This document shows positions 8,245-16,932 of a DNA stretch of 48,189 nucleotides, in pieces. Each line of letters begins with the position of its first letter. The stretch's first letter is position 1. This DNA is from Acidimicrobiales bacterium (GTDB taxonomy: Bacteria > Actinomycetota > Acidimicrobiia > Acidimicrobiales > CADCSY01). Where the stretch lies: assembly GCA_038233555.1 (NCBI GenBank), contig JBBSLT010000002.1, forward strand, positions 1 to 48,189, written 5' to 3'. A model generated the notes under the pieces. The model made no database searches, was not told where the DNA came from, and was given only the letters and a program-made list of their open reading frames with translations. The position numbers and the translations under genes were made by a program.

Positions 8245-9666
8245 ATGGCCTTCGCCGACGACCCTGTCCCCTCGTCCTGGGAGAAGGGCACCATGGTGGT
8301 GGTGCCGTCGCTGTCGTTCCCGGCGGCCGAGCTGGCCAAGATCGCCGGCATCGACCACTACGAGGAGCGCCTGTTGTGCACGGTCCTGCTCCTCGACCGG
8401 CCCGACGTCCGCCTCGTCTACCTCACCTCCGAGCCGGTCGATCCCGCCATCGTCGACTATCACCTCGGCTTCCTGGCTGACCCCGTCGGTGCCCGTGCCC
8501 GTCTGCACCTGGTGACCGCCGCGGAGTCGGGCCCCCGGCCGCTCACCCAGAAGCTTCTGGAGCGCCCCGAGGTGCTGGCCGAGGTGCGCGACCTGCTTCC
8601 CGGAGACGGCAGTGCCGCCCTGTTGCCGTTCAACGTCACCGCCGGGGAGTGGGCGCTGGCCGCGTCGTTGGGTCTAGCGCTCGACGGTCCGCCGCTCGAT
8701 CGGGTGGCCCTCGGCTCCAAGACGGGTTCGCGCCGGGTGGCCCGACGGGCGGGCGTCGCCGTGCTCGAGGGGGAAGAGGGCCTGTTCTCGGTGGAGGAGG
8801 TGGCCTCGGCCGTCGAGCGGCTCCGACGCAGGAGAGGCGCCGGTGGCGCCGTGGTCAAGCTCAACGACGGGTTCTCCGGCCAGGGCAACGCACTGATCGA
8901 CCTGGTGGGCCCGATGCGACCCCTGCCCGCCATGCCCACGACGTTTTGTTCCGGGGGAGAATCCTGGCCCTCGTTCGGTCCGAAGATTGCGACCGAGGGG
9001 GCCATCGTGGAGGAGGTGCTGGCTTCGCCGCTGGCGTCGCCCAGCGTGCAGTTGCGCATCACCCCGGGAGGGACGGTGGCGGTGGTGTCGACTCACGACC
9101 AGATCCTCGGGGGCCCGGGGAACCAGGTCTACCAGGGGTGTCGCTTCCCGGCGGATGCCTCCTACCGGTCGCTCATCAGCGCCGCCGCCCTGGCCGTGGG
9201 CGAGGTGCTGGCGGGTGAGGGCGTGATCGGACCGCTCGGCATCGATTTTCTGGTGGCCGGCGACCCCGCCACCCCCGAGATCTTCCTCAGCGAGATCAAC
9301 CTGCGCATGGGAGGTACCACCCACCCCTTCTGGATGGCACGCCTGGCGACGGTCGGTCACTATCACCCCGGCCGGGGTGAGCTTGTGGCCGCCGGCGGCC
9401 CTCGGTGCTACGTGGCCACCGACAACCTCAAGATGGCGGGACTCGTCGGCCGCTCGCCGGCGGCGGTCATCCAGGCGGTCGACGACGCCGGCCTCTCCTT
9501 CGACCAGGCCACGGGCACGGGCGTGACCCTGCACCTCCTCGGCGCCCTGGCCCGCTACGGGAAGATGGGCGCCACCTGCATCGCCGAGGACCTGGAGGGG
9601 GCCGAGGAGCGCTTCGGCGAGCTGTCCGCCGTGCTTGAGAACCTCGGGCCCGAGCGCCGCAGGTGA
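8245..9666 (+). CDS. ATP-grasp peptide ligase, PGM1-related family
   Basis: N-terminal pre-ATP-grasp pattern VVVPSLSFPAAELAKIAGIDHYEERLLCTVLLLDRPDVRLVYLTSEPVDPAIVDYHL, followed by an ATP-grasp-like core (VVKLNDGFSGQGN, EINLRMGGTTH). Confidence 0.7.
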   Translation: MAFADDPVPSSWEKGTMVVVPSLSFPAAELAKIAGIDHYEERLLCTVLLLDRPDVRLVYLTSEPVDPAIVDYHLGFLADPVGARARLHLVTAAESGPRPLTQKLLERPEVLAEVRDLLPGDGSAALLPFNVTAGEWALAASLGLALDGPPLDRVALGSKTGSRRVARRAGVAVLEGEEGLFSVEEVASAVERLRRRRGAGGAVVKLNDGFSGQGNALIDLVGPMRPLPAMPTTFCSGGESWPSFGPKIATEGAIVEEVLASPLASPSVQLRITPGGTVAVVSTHDQILGGPGNQVYQGCRFPADASYRSLISAAALAVGEVLAGEGVIGPLGIDFLVAGDPATPEIFLSEINLRMGGTTHPFWMARLATVGHYHPGRGELVAAGGPRCYVATDNLKMAGLVGRSPAAVIQAVDDAGLSFDQATGTGVTLHLLGALARYGKMGATCIAEDLEGAEERFGELSAVLENLGPERRR

Positions 9667-10094
9667 GCACGACCTGTGTGTTCTGCCAGATCATCGCCGG
9701 TGAGACCCCCGCCCACGTGGTGCTCGACGACGAGTGCTGCCTGGCCTTTCTCGACGTGCGCCCGTTGTTCCCAGGCCACGTCCTGATCGTTCCCCGGACC
9801 CATCACGAGACCCTCGGCGATCTCCCCGTCGAGCTCGTCGCCCCGCTCTTCCTCCGGGTCCGCCACCTCGCCCGGGCCATGGAGGACGGCCTGGAGGCGG
9901 CGGGAAGCTTCGTCGCCGCCAACAACCGGGTGAGCCAGAGCGTGGCCCACCTTCACATCCACGTCGTGCCCCGCAACTTCAAGGACGGCCTCCGCGGCTT
10001 CTTCTGGCCCCGCCAGCGCTATCGCGACGAGGCCCACGCCGCCGAGGTGGCGCTCAAGCTCCGATCGGCCCTGGCCGCTCCGGCCACCCCGTAG
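9663..10094 (+). CDS. HIT family hydrolase
   Basis: CVFCQII N-terminus and histidine triad HLHIHVVPR. 4-nt overlap with the upstream gene. Confidence 0.9.
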   Translation: MSTTCVFCQIIAGETPAHVVLDDECCLAFLDVRPLFPGHVLIVPRTHHETLGDLPVELVAPLFLRVRHLARAMEDGLEAAGSFVAANNRVSQSVAHLHIHVVPRNFKDGLRGFFWPRQRYRDEAHAAEVALKLRSALAAPATP

Positions 10095-10107
10095 CCTGAG
10101 AGACACG

Positions 10108-10632
10108 ATGGACGCTGCGGTGGTCACGTCAGGAGCCGCGGGCGACACCGCTTCGGGCCTGCGGCCCTTGCACCCCCGCCAGGTCCAGGCCTGGCGGCTG
10201 GGCTGGGGGCTGGCGGCGCTGGCCGTCACCGTCATCGCCTTGGTGCTCGATGTGGCCGTGGCCATGGTCGACGATCTCGATCCGCCCTGGTTCCCCGGGC
10301 TCCCCACCTTGGTGTTCGCAGTGTTCGGGGCCACGCTGGCGTGGCGCCTGCCCCGACTCGGCTACGACGCCTGGCGCTATGAGCTCACCGCCACCACCCT
10401 CGAGCTGCACCGTGGCGTGGTGGTGCGCCACCACAGCGCCATCCCATACTTTCGGGTCCAGCACATCGACATCACCCGCAGTCCCTTCGAACGGGCGCTC
10501 GGGCTTTCCCAACTCGTGGTGCGCACGGCGGCGGCCACCACCGACGCCCGTCTGCCGGGAGTCGCCGAGGCGGAAGCAGAGCTCCTTCGTGACGTCATCC
10601 TCGCTCGCACCGGGAGCGGCGACGCCGTCTGA
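10108..10632 (+). CDS. PH-domain (bPH_2) membrane protein, YdbS-like
   Basis: Two TM helices followed by the YRVQHIDITRSPFERALGLSQLVV-type bPH_2 core. Confidence 0.75.
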   Translation: MDAAVVTSGAAGDTASGLRPLHPRQVQAWRLGWGLAALAVTVIALVLDVAVAMVDDLDPPWFPGLPTLVFAVFGATLAWRLPRLGYDAWRYELTATTLELHRGVVVRHHSAIPYFRVQHIDITRSPFERALGLSQLVVRTAAATTDARLPGVAEAEAELLRDVILARTGSGDAV

Positions 10633-10657
10633 GCCGGTACCTGCGGAGCCGAAACCC

Positions 10658-12226
10658 GTGGCCACCGAGGAGCCGGCGCTAATGCCGCCGGTCTCCGGGC
10701 CGCCCGACTCCGGGCCTCGACGGCTGCACCCGGCCAGCCCCTTCCTCGACCTGTCGGTGCTCGGGCGCCAGCTCCTCGGGCCTGGCGCCATCGCCCTCGG
10801 CACCGGCGGGTTGCGCGTCCTCGTCGTCTTGGTGGTGGTGGTGCTGGCGGTGCAGGTCCTGGCCTGGCACCGGCGCACCTACCAGCTGGGCGACGGCGTC
10901 TTGCGGGTCGAGGGGGGGCTGGTCGTGCGCAGCCAGCAGCTCGTTCCCTGTGAGCGAATCCAGCAGGTCAATCTGGTGCAGAAGCTCCGCCATCGCGCCC
11001 TCGGTGTCGCCGTCCTCGACGTGGAGACGGCCGGCAACGATTCCGGGGTCCGCCTGGAGGTGCTCGACATCGTCGAGGCCGAGCGGGTGCGGACTGCCCT
11101 GCTGGCCGCCAAGGCTAAAGGGCAGCGGCCGCCTTCGGGGGAGGACGGCACCCACCGGGAAGGCACCGACCAGGAAGGCGAGGACGACGACGGCCGCAGG
11201 GAGGGGCCAGCTCGCTGGGTCCCGGCCCCGTGGCCAGTGGTCGAGCTGAACTACCGCCAGCTGGCGGTGGCGGGGATGACCGGGGTCGAGCTCCTGGTCA
11301 TCGTCGCCCTGGCGGCCACGGCCAGTCAGGTTGCCGGGAACCTCTCGTGGTCGCCCTTCTCGGGGATCGACCTGGCCGCCCTCGACGCGCTGGGCCCGCT
11401 CATGGTGGCGGGGGCCGCCGTTGGCTTCCTGGCGGTGTGGTTGGGCACGGCGGTGGCGGCGTCGATCCTCACCGACGCCGGCTACCGCCTCACCCTGGTC
11501 GGCGACGAGCTCCACGTGGTGCGGGGACTGCTCGACCGAAAGGAGGCGAGCCTGCCTCTGGCGCGGGTCCAGGCCGTGCGCATCACCGCCTCGGCGCCGA
11601 GGCGCCTCCTCGGCCTGGTCTCGCTGCGCATCGACAGCGCCGGCAGCGGGTCGGGCGACGACGACCGGCGGGTGAGCGTGCCCATCCTCCCCGCCGCCGA
11701 TCTCGATCGGGTCCTCGCTCTGGTGCTGTCGGGGATCGCTCCGCTGCCCCCGCTGCAGCGCCCACCGCCGGCCGCTCGGCGCCGGGCCGTGGTCCACCAT
11801 GTGGTACCGGCGCTGGCGGTGGCTGCGGCCCTGGCCCTTGTGTTCCGACCCTGGGGCGTGCTGGTCCTGGCTCTGGTCCCGTTGATGGCCGGCGTCGGGG
11901 TGGCCGCCTATCGCGGCCTCGGCCACGCCCTCACCCCTGGCTTCTTGGTGACCCGCTCGGGATCGTTCAACCGTCGCACGGTCGTGGTCCCGCTGGCGAG
12001 GGTGCAAAGCGCCAGGCTCCAGGCCAGCCCGTGGCAGCGCCAGGCCGGCCTCGCCACCCTCTCCGTCGATCTGGCCGGCCCCGGGCCCGTTCCTCAGGTG
12101 CTCGACGAGGCGGCCGGCGTGGGCGAGCGCCTCTTAGCGGCCACCGTGGCTGAGCCTCTCAGAGGGTCCGCCAAGGCGGACCCGTGGCCCGAGCGGCCCG
12201 CCAGCGAAGCCGGCAAGAGCGGGTAG
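10658..12226 (+). CDS. PH-domain membrane protein with three bPH_2 repeats, YdbT-like
   Basis: Three repeats of the pattern (G.L.R....P..R.Q.V....P..R..GL..L), e.g. RIQQVNLVQKLRHRALGVAVLDVET, RVQAVRITASAPRRLLGLVSLRIDS, RVQSARLQASPWQRQAGLATLSVD. Start uncertain (GTG 10658 or ATG 10682). The upstream part of ORF 10250-12226 overlaps the ydbS-like gene out of frame. Confidence 0.7.
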   Translation: MATEEPALMPPVSGPPDSGPRRLHPASPFLDLSVLGRQLLGPGAIALGTGGLRVLVVLVVVVLAVQVLAWHRRTYQLGDGVLRVEGGLVVRSQQLVPCERIQQVNLVQKLRHRALGVAVLDVETAGNDSGVRLEVLDIVEAERVRTALLAAKAKGQRPPSGEDGTHREGTDQEGEDDDGRREGPARWVPAPWPVVELNYRQLAVAGMTGVELLVIVALAATASQVAGNLSWSPFSGIDLAALDALGPLMVAGAAVGFLAVWLGTAVAASILTDAGYRLTLVGDELHVVRGLLDRKEASLPLARVQAVRITASAPRRLLGLVSLRIDSAGSGSGDDDRRVSVPILPAADLDRVLALVLSGIAPLPPLQRPPPAARRRAVVHHVVPALAVAAALALVFRPWGVLVLALVPLMAGVGVAAYRGLGHALTPGFLVTRSGSFNRRTVVVPLARVQSARLQASPWQRQAGLATLSVDLAGPGPVPQVLDEAAGVGERLLAATVAEPLRGSAKADPWPERPASEAGKSG

Positions 12227-12239
12227 TACAGGGCTTTTC

Positions 12240-12260
12240 CTCGGCGGCGAAGCCGCCGAG
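12240..12260. terminator. GC hairpin CTCGGCGGC-GAA-GCCGCCGAG between convergent genes
   Basis: Perfect 9-bp stem with a 3-nt loop in the 70-nt spacer between the ydbT-like gene and the SDR gene. No U-tract. Confidence 0.45.
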
Positions 12261-12296
12261 CCTTGAGCATCGTGCCTATCCGCTGAGCCTCTCAGC

Positions 12297-13046
12297 TCAG
12301 CCGGTGAGCTGGCGGAGGTCGGTCACGGCGCCGGTATCGAGGTCGCTCTCCAACAGGCTCCAGATGCGCCGGGCCACGTCTTTGGGATCGCTCAGCTTGC
12401 CGTCCCGGTGCAGGTCGACGAACTTGTCGCGATCGGGAAAGTCGTCCTCGGAGGTCGCCCGCATCCGAGCCTGCATGTCGGTGTCGACCGTGCCCGGCGC
12501 CACCGCCAACACCCGGGCCCCACCCCGCAAGCGCTGCTCGGCCCCGACGTTGCGTACCCACTGGTCGGTCGCCGCCTTGGCGCCACCGTAGGACGACCAT
12601 CCCGGGTAGATGCTGCGGGCTGCGCCCGAGGTGAGCATGACCAGGTGGCGGGCGATGTCGTGATCGCTGCTGGTCGCAATCCCGGTGCATGCGGCCAGGA
12701 AGAGGTGGCCGAGCACCTGGGGAGCGGCGCTGTTGAGCACCACGTTGGCTGCGTAGGCGTCGGTGTCGACCTCGCCGGCGAAGCCGATGGGGTCGAGGGT
12801 GCCGGCGGCGTGGACCAAGACCACCCGTTCACCCTCGAAGCTCTCCATCTCCCGGCGGAACGATTCGCCCACCGTTGCCCACGACGACGGGTCGGCCAGG
12901 TCGGCCTCGAGGTGCTCGATACCGTCGGGCCCCTCGGGGGGGCGTCGGCAGATGCCGATGACCCGCCCCTCCCAAGGCACGGTGGCGGCGAGGGCGGCGC
13001 CGATCCCCGCCGAGGCCCCCGAGATCCAGGTCAACGATGTGCTCAT
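12297..13046 (-). CDS. short-chain dehydrogenase/reductase (SDR) family oxidoreductase
   Basis: N-terminal Rossmann motif ISGASAGIGAA and catalytic YGGAKAA (YxxxK). Confidence 0.85.
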   Translation of the reverse strand: MSTSLTWISGASAGIGAALAATVPWEGRVIGICRRPPEGPDGIEHLEADLADPSSWATVGESFRREMESFEGERVVLVHAAGTLDPIGFAGEVDTDAYAANVVLNSAAPQVLGHLFLAACTGIATSSDHDIARHLVMLTSGAARSIYPGWSSYGGAKAATDQWVRNVGAEQRLRGGARVLAVAPGTVDTDMQARMRATSEDDFPDRDKFVDLHRDGKLSDPKDVARRIWSLLESDLDTGAVTDLRQLTG

Positions 13047-13098
13047 GGCGGAACCTTTACCCGAGTGGTCCGGACCTAGTACGGGGGAAGGTGGGGAG

Positions 13099-14244
13099 GT
13101 GAGCGAGCGGGTGGAGCTGGTCTGGTACGGCGACGAGGGGCCGGCCTACGACCACGGGCCGGCGCACCCGTTGCGCCCGGCCCGCTTCTTCCTCACCCGG
13201 GCGCTCATCGGCGACTACGGCATCATCGACGGGAAGCGGGTGGTCGAGATGCCCGGCCGGGAGGCCACCGATAGCGAGCTCTCGCTGGTCCACAGCGCCC
13301 GTTATGTCGACGCCGTACGCCGGGCCGGCCACGGCGAGGCCGGCGCCTGGTGGGAGTTCGGGTTCGGTCCCGGCGACAACCCCATCTTCCCGGCCATGCA
13401 CGAGGCCGCCGCCCGGGTGGTGGGAGCGTCGCTGGTGGCGGCCGAGGCGGTGTGGTCGGGACGGGCCGAGCACGCCTTCAACCCGGCCGGGGGCCTCCAC
13501 CACGCCATGGCCGAGCGAGCCAGCGGGTTCTGCGTCTACGACGATCCCGCCGTCGCCATCGCCTGGTTGCTCGATCACGGGGCCGAGCGGGTCGCCTACG
13601 TCGATGTCGACGTCCACCACGGCGACGGCCCCCAGGCCATCTTCTGCGCCGATCCCCGGGTGCTCACCATCTCGTTGCACCAGGACGGCCGCACGCTGTT
13701 CCCGGGCACGGGGGCGGTCGGGGAGCTCGGCCACGGCGATGCGCTCGGCACCAAGGTCAACGTGCCCCTGCCTCCCTTCACCGGCGACGACGGGTGGCGG
13801 GCGGCGTTCGAGGAGATCGTGCCGCCGCTGGTCGAGGCCTTCGCCCCCCAGGTGCTGGTCACCCAGTTGGGCTGCGACTCCCACCACCTCGACCCCCTGG
13901 CCAACCTGTCGCTCACCACTGCTGCCTATCGCTACGCGGCGGAAACGCTGCACGAGTTGGCTCATCGGGCGGCTGGCGGCCGCTGGCTGGCCACCGGCGG
14001 AGGCGGCTACCAATGGGCCCGGGTCGTCCCTCGGGCGTGGACGACCTACTTCGCCGAGATGGCCGGCGTCGAGGTGGCGGATGAGCTGCCGGCGTCGTGG
14101 TGCGATCGGGTCCGCCGGGAGTCGGGCCACGACGTGGCGGCCACGCTCTCCGAGCCGGCGGTAGCCGCCGGGGTCGACTACCAGTTGGTGCTGGCCGTCA
14201 TCGCCGACGTCAAGCGTTACGCCTTTGGCTTCCACGGCCTGTGA
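13099..14244 (+). CDS. acuC: acetoin utilization protein AcuC / histone deacetylase-family deacetylase
   Basis: HDAC motifs PAGGLHHA, FCVYDD, DVDVHHGDG. Start set at GTG 13099, preceded by GGGGAAGGTGGGGAGG. An upstream in-frame ATG at 13045 would overlap the SDR start. Confidence 0.8.
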   Translation: MSERVELVWYGDEGPAYDHGPAHPLRPARFFLTRALIGDYGIIDGKRVVEMPGREATDSELSLVHSARYVDAVRRAGHGEAGAWWEFGFGPGDNPIFPAMHEAAARVVGASLVAAEAVWSGRAEHAFNPAGGLHHAMAERASGFCVYDDPAVAIAWLLDHGAERVAYVDVDVHHGDGPQAIFCADPRVLTISLHQDGRTLFPGTGAVGELGHGDALGTKVNVPLPPFTGDDGWRAAFEEIVPPLVEAFAPQVLVTQLGCDSHHLDPLANLSLTTAAYRYAAETLHELAHRAAGGRWLATGGGGYQWARVVPRAWTTYFAEMAGVEVADELPASWCDRVRRESGHDVAATLSEPAVAAGVDYQLVLAVIADVKRYAFGFHGL

Positions 14245-14287
14245 TCGCTGGTGCGCCGGCCACGACTCAGGCGACCCGGGGCGCCCA

Positions 14288-14806
14288 TCAGGTGGGTGGA
14301 CGGGAACCGGGAAGGCGAAGCGAGTAGGAGACCAGGTTGGGGCCACCGGCGACGGGGGCATCGAGCTCGGGCGTTCGCCGAAAGCCCAGGCCGGCGTAGA
14401 GGCGCTGGGCGGGAACCATGGCGGGCATGGTGCCCAGGGACAGGGCACGCTTGCCCGCGGCGCTGGCCCGCCTCACGCAGGCTGTGACCAAGGCCGCCCC
14501 CACTCCCTGACGCTGCACCTCAGGGTCGACGACCAGCATGCGTAGCTCAGCCTGATCGTCGCCGATGAGCTGAGCGTAGGGGCCTGGGCCGGGCACATAC
14601 GTCACCCCGCCCACCAGCCGACCGGCGAGGACGGCCACGAGGACCTCGCACCCGGCGGCCAAGCGGTCATCGACGTCTCGAAGCACGTCGGCGTATCCCT
14701 CGAGCTCGCTGTCCAGCACATCTTGATAGACCCGCACCGTCAGCTGCCCGAGGGGCTCGTGTTCCTCTGCTCGGACCGGGCGGATGTTGAGCGTCGGCGC
14801 CACCAC
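14288..14806 (-). CDS. GNAT family N-acetyltransferase
   Basis: Acetyl-CoA binding motif VDPEVQRQGVGAALV (Q/RxxGxG/A). 172 aa. Confidence 0.85.
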   Translation of the reverse strand: MVAPTLNIRPVRAEEHEPLGQLTVRVYQDVLDSELEGYADVLRDVDDRLAAGCEVLVAVLAGRLVGGVTYVPGPGPYAQLIGDDQAELRMLVVDPEVQRQGVGAALVTACVRRASAAGKRALSLGTMPAMVPAQRLYAGLGFRRTPELDAPVAGGPNLVSYSLRLPGSRPPT

Positions 14807-15026
14807 CGAGAAGCACTACCCGCGGAGGGGGGACCGGTACCTCGAAGTGCCGCCGGACCCGATAGCTTCTGGCGCCGTGCTCCTGGTCCAGACGACCACC
14901 ACCGCGGTGCGTCGCATCGTCGGCGACCCTTTACCCACGGGGGTGGTGGTGGGTGCAGGCATCGCCCTGCTGATGCTCATCGTGATCGCCGGCATCCTCG
15001 TCCGCCGCCGGTCGGGCCGGTCCTAG
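14784..15026 (+). CDS. small membrane-anchored protein (hypothetical)
   Basis: High GC3. C-terminus PLPTGVVVGAGIALLMLIVIAGILVRRRSGRS is a TM helix plus a basic tail. The real start may be GTG 14847. Overlaps the GNAT start if 14784 is used. Confidence 0.35.
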   Translation: MLSVGATTEKHYPRRGDRYLEVPPDPIASGAVLLVQTTTTAVRRIVGDPLPTGVVVGAGIALLMLIVIAGILVRRRSGRS

Positions 15027-15030
15027 CCCG

Positions 15031-15417
15031 TCACGGCTTGCCGCTTATCTCCACCGAGCGGCGGCTGCCTCCGTCTCCCCGCTCGATGCGCAGTGCGAGC
15101 TGGCCGTTGGCGAAGGTGGCCTCGGCAGTTCCGCCGAACCCGTCGGGCAGGTCGATCGAACGCTCGTAGGGCCCGTAGTGCCACTCATGCAGCAGGTAAT
15201 CCTTGACCGCCTTGGTGCGCAGGTCGGCGGCGATGGTGACGGTGGTCCCTTCGACCACCACCGAGATGTCGTCGGCCATGACGCCTGGCAGCGGCGCCAC
15301 CAGGACGATGGCCTGCTCGGCTTCGTACATGTTGACGGGCACCTGCTGGGGCTGGCCGGCGGCCGCCTCCTCGCCGCCGTGGGTGGACATGAGCGCGTGG
15401 TCGGGCTGGCTGGACAT
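15031..15417 (-). CDS. Hsp20/alpha-crystallin family small heat-shock protein
   Basis: Alpha-crystallin-like core (VLVAPLPGVMADDISVVVEGTTVTIAA ... ATFANGQLALRI). Confidence 0.8.
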   Translation of the reverse strand: MSSQPDHALMSTHGGEEAAAGQPQQVPVNMYEAEQAIVLVAPLPGVMADDISVVVEGTTVTIAADLRTKAVKDYLLHEWHYGPYERSIDLPDGFGGTAEATFANGQLALRIERGDGGSRRSVEISGKP

Positions 15418-15469
15418 GGCGTGGACCTACCCCGAAGAGAGGACCGGCAAGGGACGGGCAAAGGGAGCG

Positions 15470-15504
15470 GGGCTGAGGCACGCCCCCCCGACGTGCCTCA
15501 GCCC
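15470..15504 (-). terminator. 13-bp perfect hairpin GGGCTGAGGCACG-N9-CGTGCCTCAGCCC downstream of the PIG-L deacetylase gene
   Basis: Located about 100 nt after the stop of the minus-strand fbiD/deacetylase operon and upstream of hsp20. On the minus strand a CTCCCTTTGCCC stretch follows 2 nt after the stem. Confidence 0.55.
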
Positions 15505-15602
15505 GCATCCGCTTCCTGCGACCGACGGAAATCCGACGGGCGAGGAACGCCCACATGTTCGCCGCCCCCGTCGCCGATGTCAACGTTCCTTGGTTGAAAT
15601 CT

Positions 15603-16328
15603 CTAGACCCGGCCGATGTGCTTGAAGGCTTCACCCACCTCGACGCCGGCGAGGGCGCCCATCTCCGCCAGCCGCTCGCCCATACGCCGGCCAAAGGCGC
15701 CGACCTGAACGGCGTCGTGGGGGTCGTCGATCTCGTGAGTGGAGCGGTACTGGCTGCGGTGCTCGAGCAGCGCAGCCACCTTGGCCTCGAGATAGCCGCC
15801 CACCTCCTCGACGTGGTCGACCTCGTCGGCCTCCCACAACAGCATGGCCGAGGGTCGGTGATGGGGGAGTTGCTGCTCGGGGAAGAAGTGAGGGTCGCGG
15901 GCCGCGACCACGCCTTCGACGGCCAGGAAGCCGGCGTGGCGGTGGTCGGGATGCAGGCGCCAGCGCTTCCAGGGATCGTGGCCGAGCACCACCTGGGGGC
16001 GGAGGCGGCGGATCCAATAGGCCAGCTCCCAGCGCTGGCGTAGCCCCGACTCCAGCTCTCCGTCGACCCAACCGAGGAACACGCACTCGCCGGTGGCGCC
16101 CAGCACCCGGGCCGCAGCCCGCTGCTCGCGCTGGCGCTCCACCACCAGTCGGGCGGTGTCCTCCGTTGGGTCCCACGAACCCTTGGAGCCGTCGGTGCAG
16201 ATGAGATGGTGGACGACGCAGCCCGCAGCGGCCCACTTGGCCAGGGTGGCCCCACATCCGAACTCCACGTCGTCGGGGTGCGCGCCCACGGCCAGGGCGA
16301 CGGTCGGGACGTCGAGGTCTAGCTGCAC
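15603..16328 (-). CDS. PIG-L family deacetylase (LmbE/MshB-like)
   Basis: AVGAHPDDVEFGCGATL (PIG-L AHPDD motif) and HPDHRH. Start set at GTG 16328. The N-terminal 245 aa of ORF 15603-17063 are Arg/Pro-rich shadow sequence over fbiD. Confidence 0.8.
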   Translation of the reverse strand: MQLDLDVPTVALAVGAHPDDVEFGCGATLAKWAAAGCVVHHLICTDGSKGSWDPTEDTARLVVERQREQRAAARVLGATGECVFLGWVDGELESGLRQRWELAYWIRRLRPQVVLGHDPWKRWRLHPDHRHAGFLAVEGVVAARDPHFFPEQQLPHHRPSAMLLWEADEVDHVEEVGGYLEAKVAALLEHRSQYRSTHEIDDPHDAVQVGAFGRRMGERLAEMGALAGVEVGEAFKHIGRV

Positions 16329-16891
16329 GTCGCCACCGCCCAGGGCAGGTCGAGGTCGGCGGGAACATCGACGTCCCAGGCCAGCGCCGGCTCCCGCATC
16401 ACCCGCACGCCGAGGCCGAGGCGTGCGGCCTCCTCCCGATGACGGGCGAACGATCCCGGTCCGTAGGCGAAGCGAAAGCCGGAGCCGGCGGGGACGACGG
16501 CCACGTTGGTGCCGCGATCGTGACGGTCGGGGACCAGGGTGACTCCCGACCCTAGGGCGAGCGAGGCCAGGTCCCGGGCTAGGGGAAGGTCGCCGTGGGC
16601 CACCACCACCCGGGTGAATCCGCTCTCGGCGAGGGCAGCCACACCGCAGGCCACTGCCCGATTGAGACCGTGGCCGGGCGCCCAGACCACGGTGGCACCC
16701 ACGCCGCGCGCCCACGTCGCCACATCGTCGTCGTCGCAGACGACGGTGACGGGAAGGGGCTCGGCCGCCGCCACCACCAGCGCTGCCATGTGGCGGACGA
16801 GCATCTGGCGGGCGGCAACCCCGAGGACCGGAGCGAGGCGGAGCTTGGCCCGGCTGAACGCCTTGACCGGGACCAACACGGCGGCGCCCAT
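16319..16891 (-). CDS. fbiD: 2-phospho-L-lactate/phosphoenolpyruvate guanylyltransferase (F420 biosynthesis)
   Basis: N-terminus VLVPVKAFSRAKLRL and HGDLPL motif typical of CofC/FbiD. Divergent to gpsA, as in mycobacteria. Confidence 0.8.
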   Translation of the reverse strand: MGAAVLVPVKAFSRAKLRLAPVLGVAARQMLVRHMAALVVAAAEPLPVTVVCDDDDVATWARGVGATVVWAPGHGLNRAVACGVAALAESGFTRVVVAHGDLPLARDLASLALGSGVTLVPDRHDRGTNVAVVPAGSGFRFAYGPGSFARHREEAARLGLGVRVMREPALAWDVDVPADLDLPWAVATCS

Positions 16892-16919
16892 CGTCCGGCC
16901 AGTGTAGGAGGCGGCGTCC

Positions 16920-16925
16920 TAAGGT
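16920..16925 (+). promoter_or_regulatory. candidate -10 box TAAGGT giving a leaderless gpsA transcript
   Basis: TANNNT hexamer ends 7 nt before the ATG at 16933. No Shine-Dalgarno sequence in between. Confidence 0.3.
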
Positions 16926-16932
16926 CGAGCCC

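Noticed and set aside
6829-8508. 559-aa minus-strand ORF
   Set aside because: Shadow ORF across the PBP, lipoprotein and ATP-grasp genes. No motifs and an extreme Arg/Gly/Asp bias.
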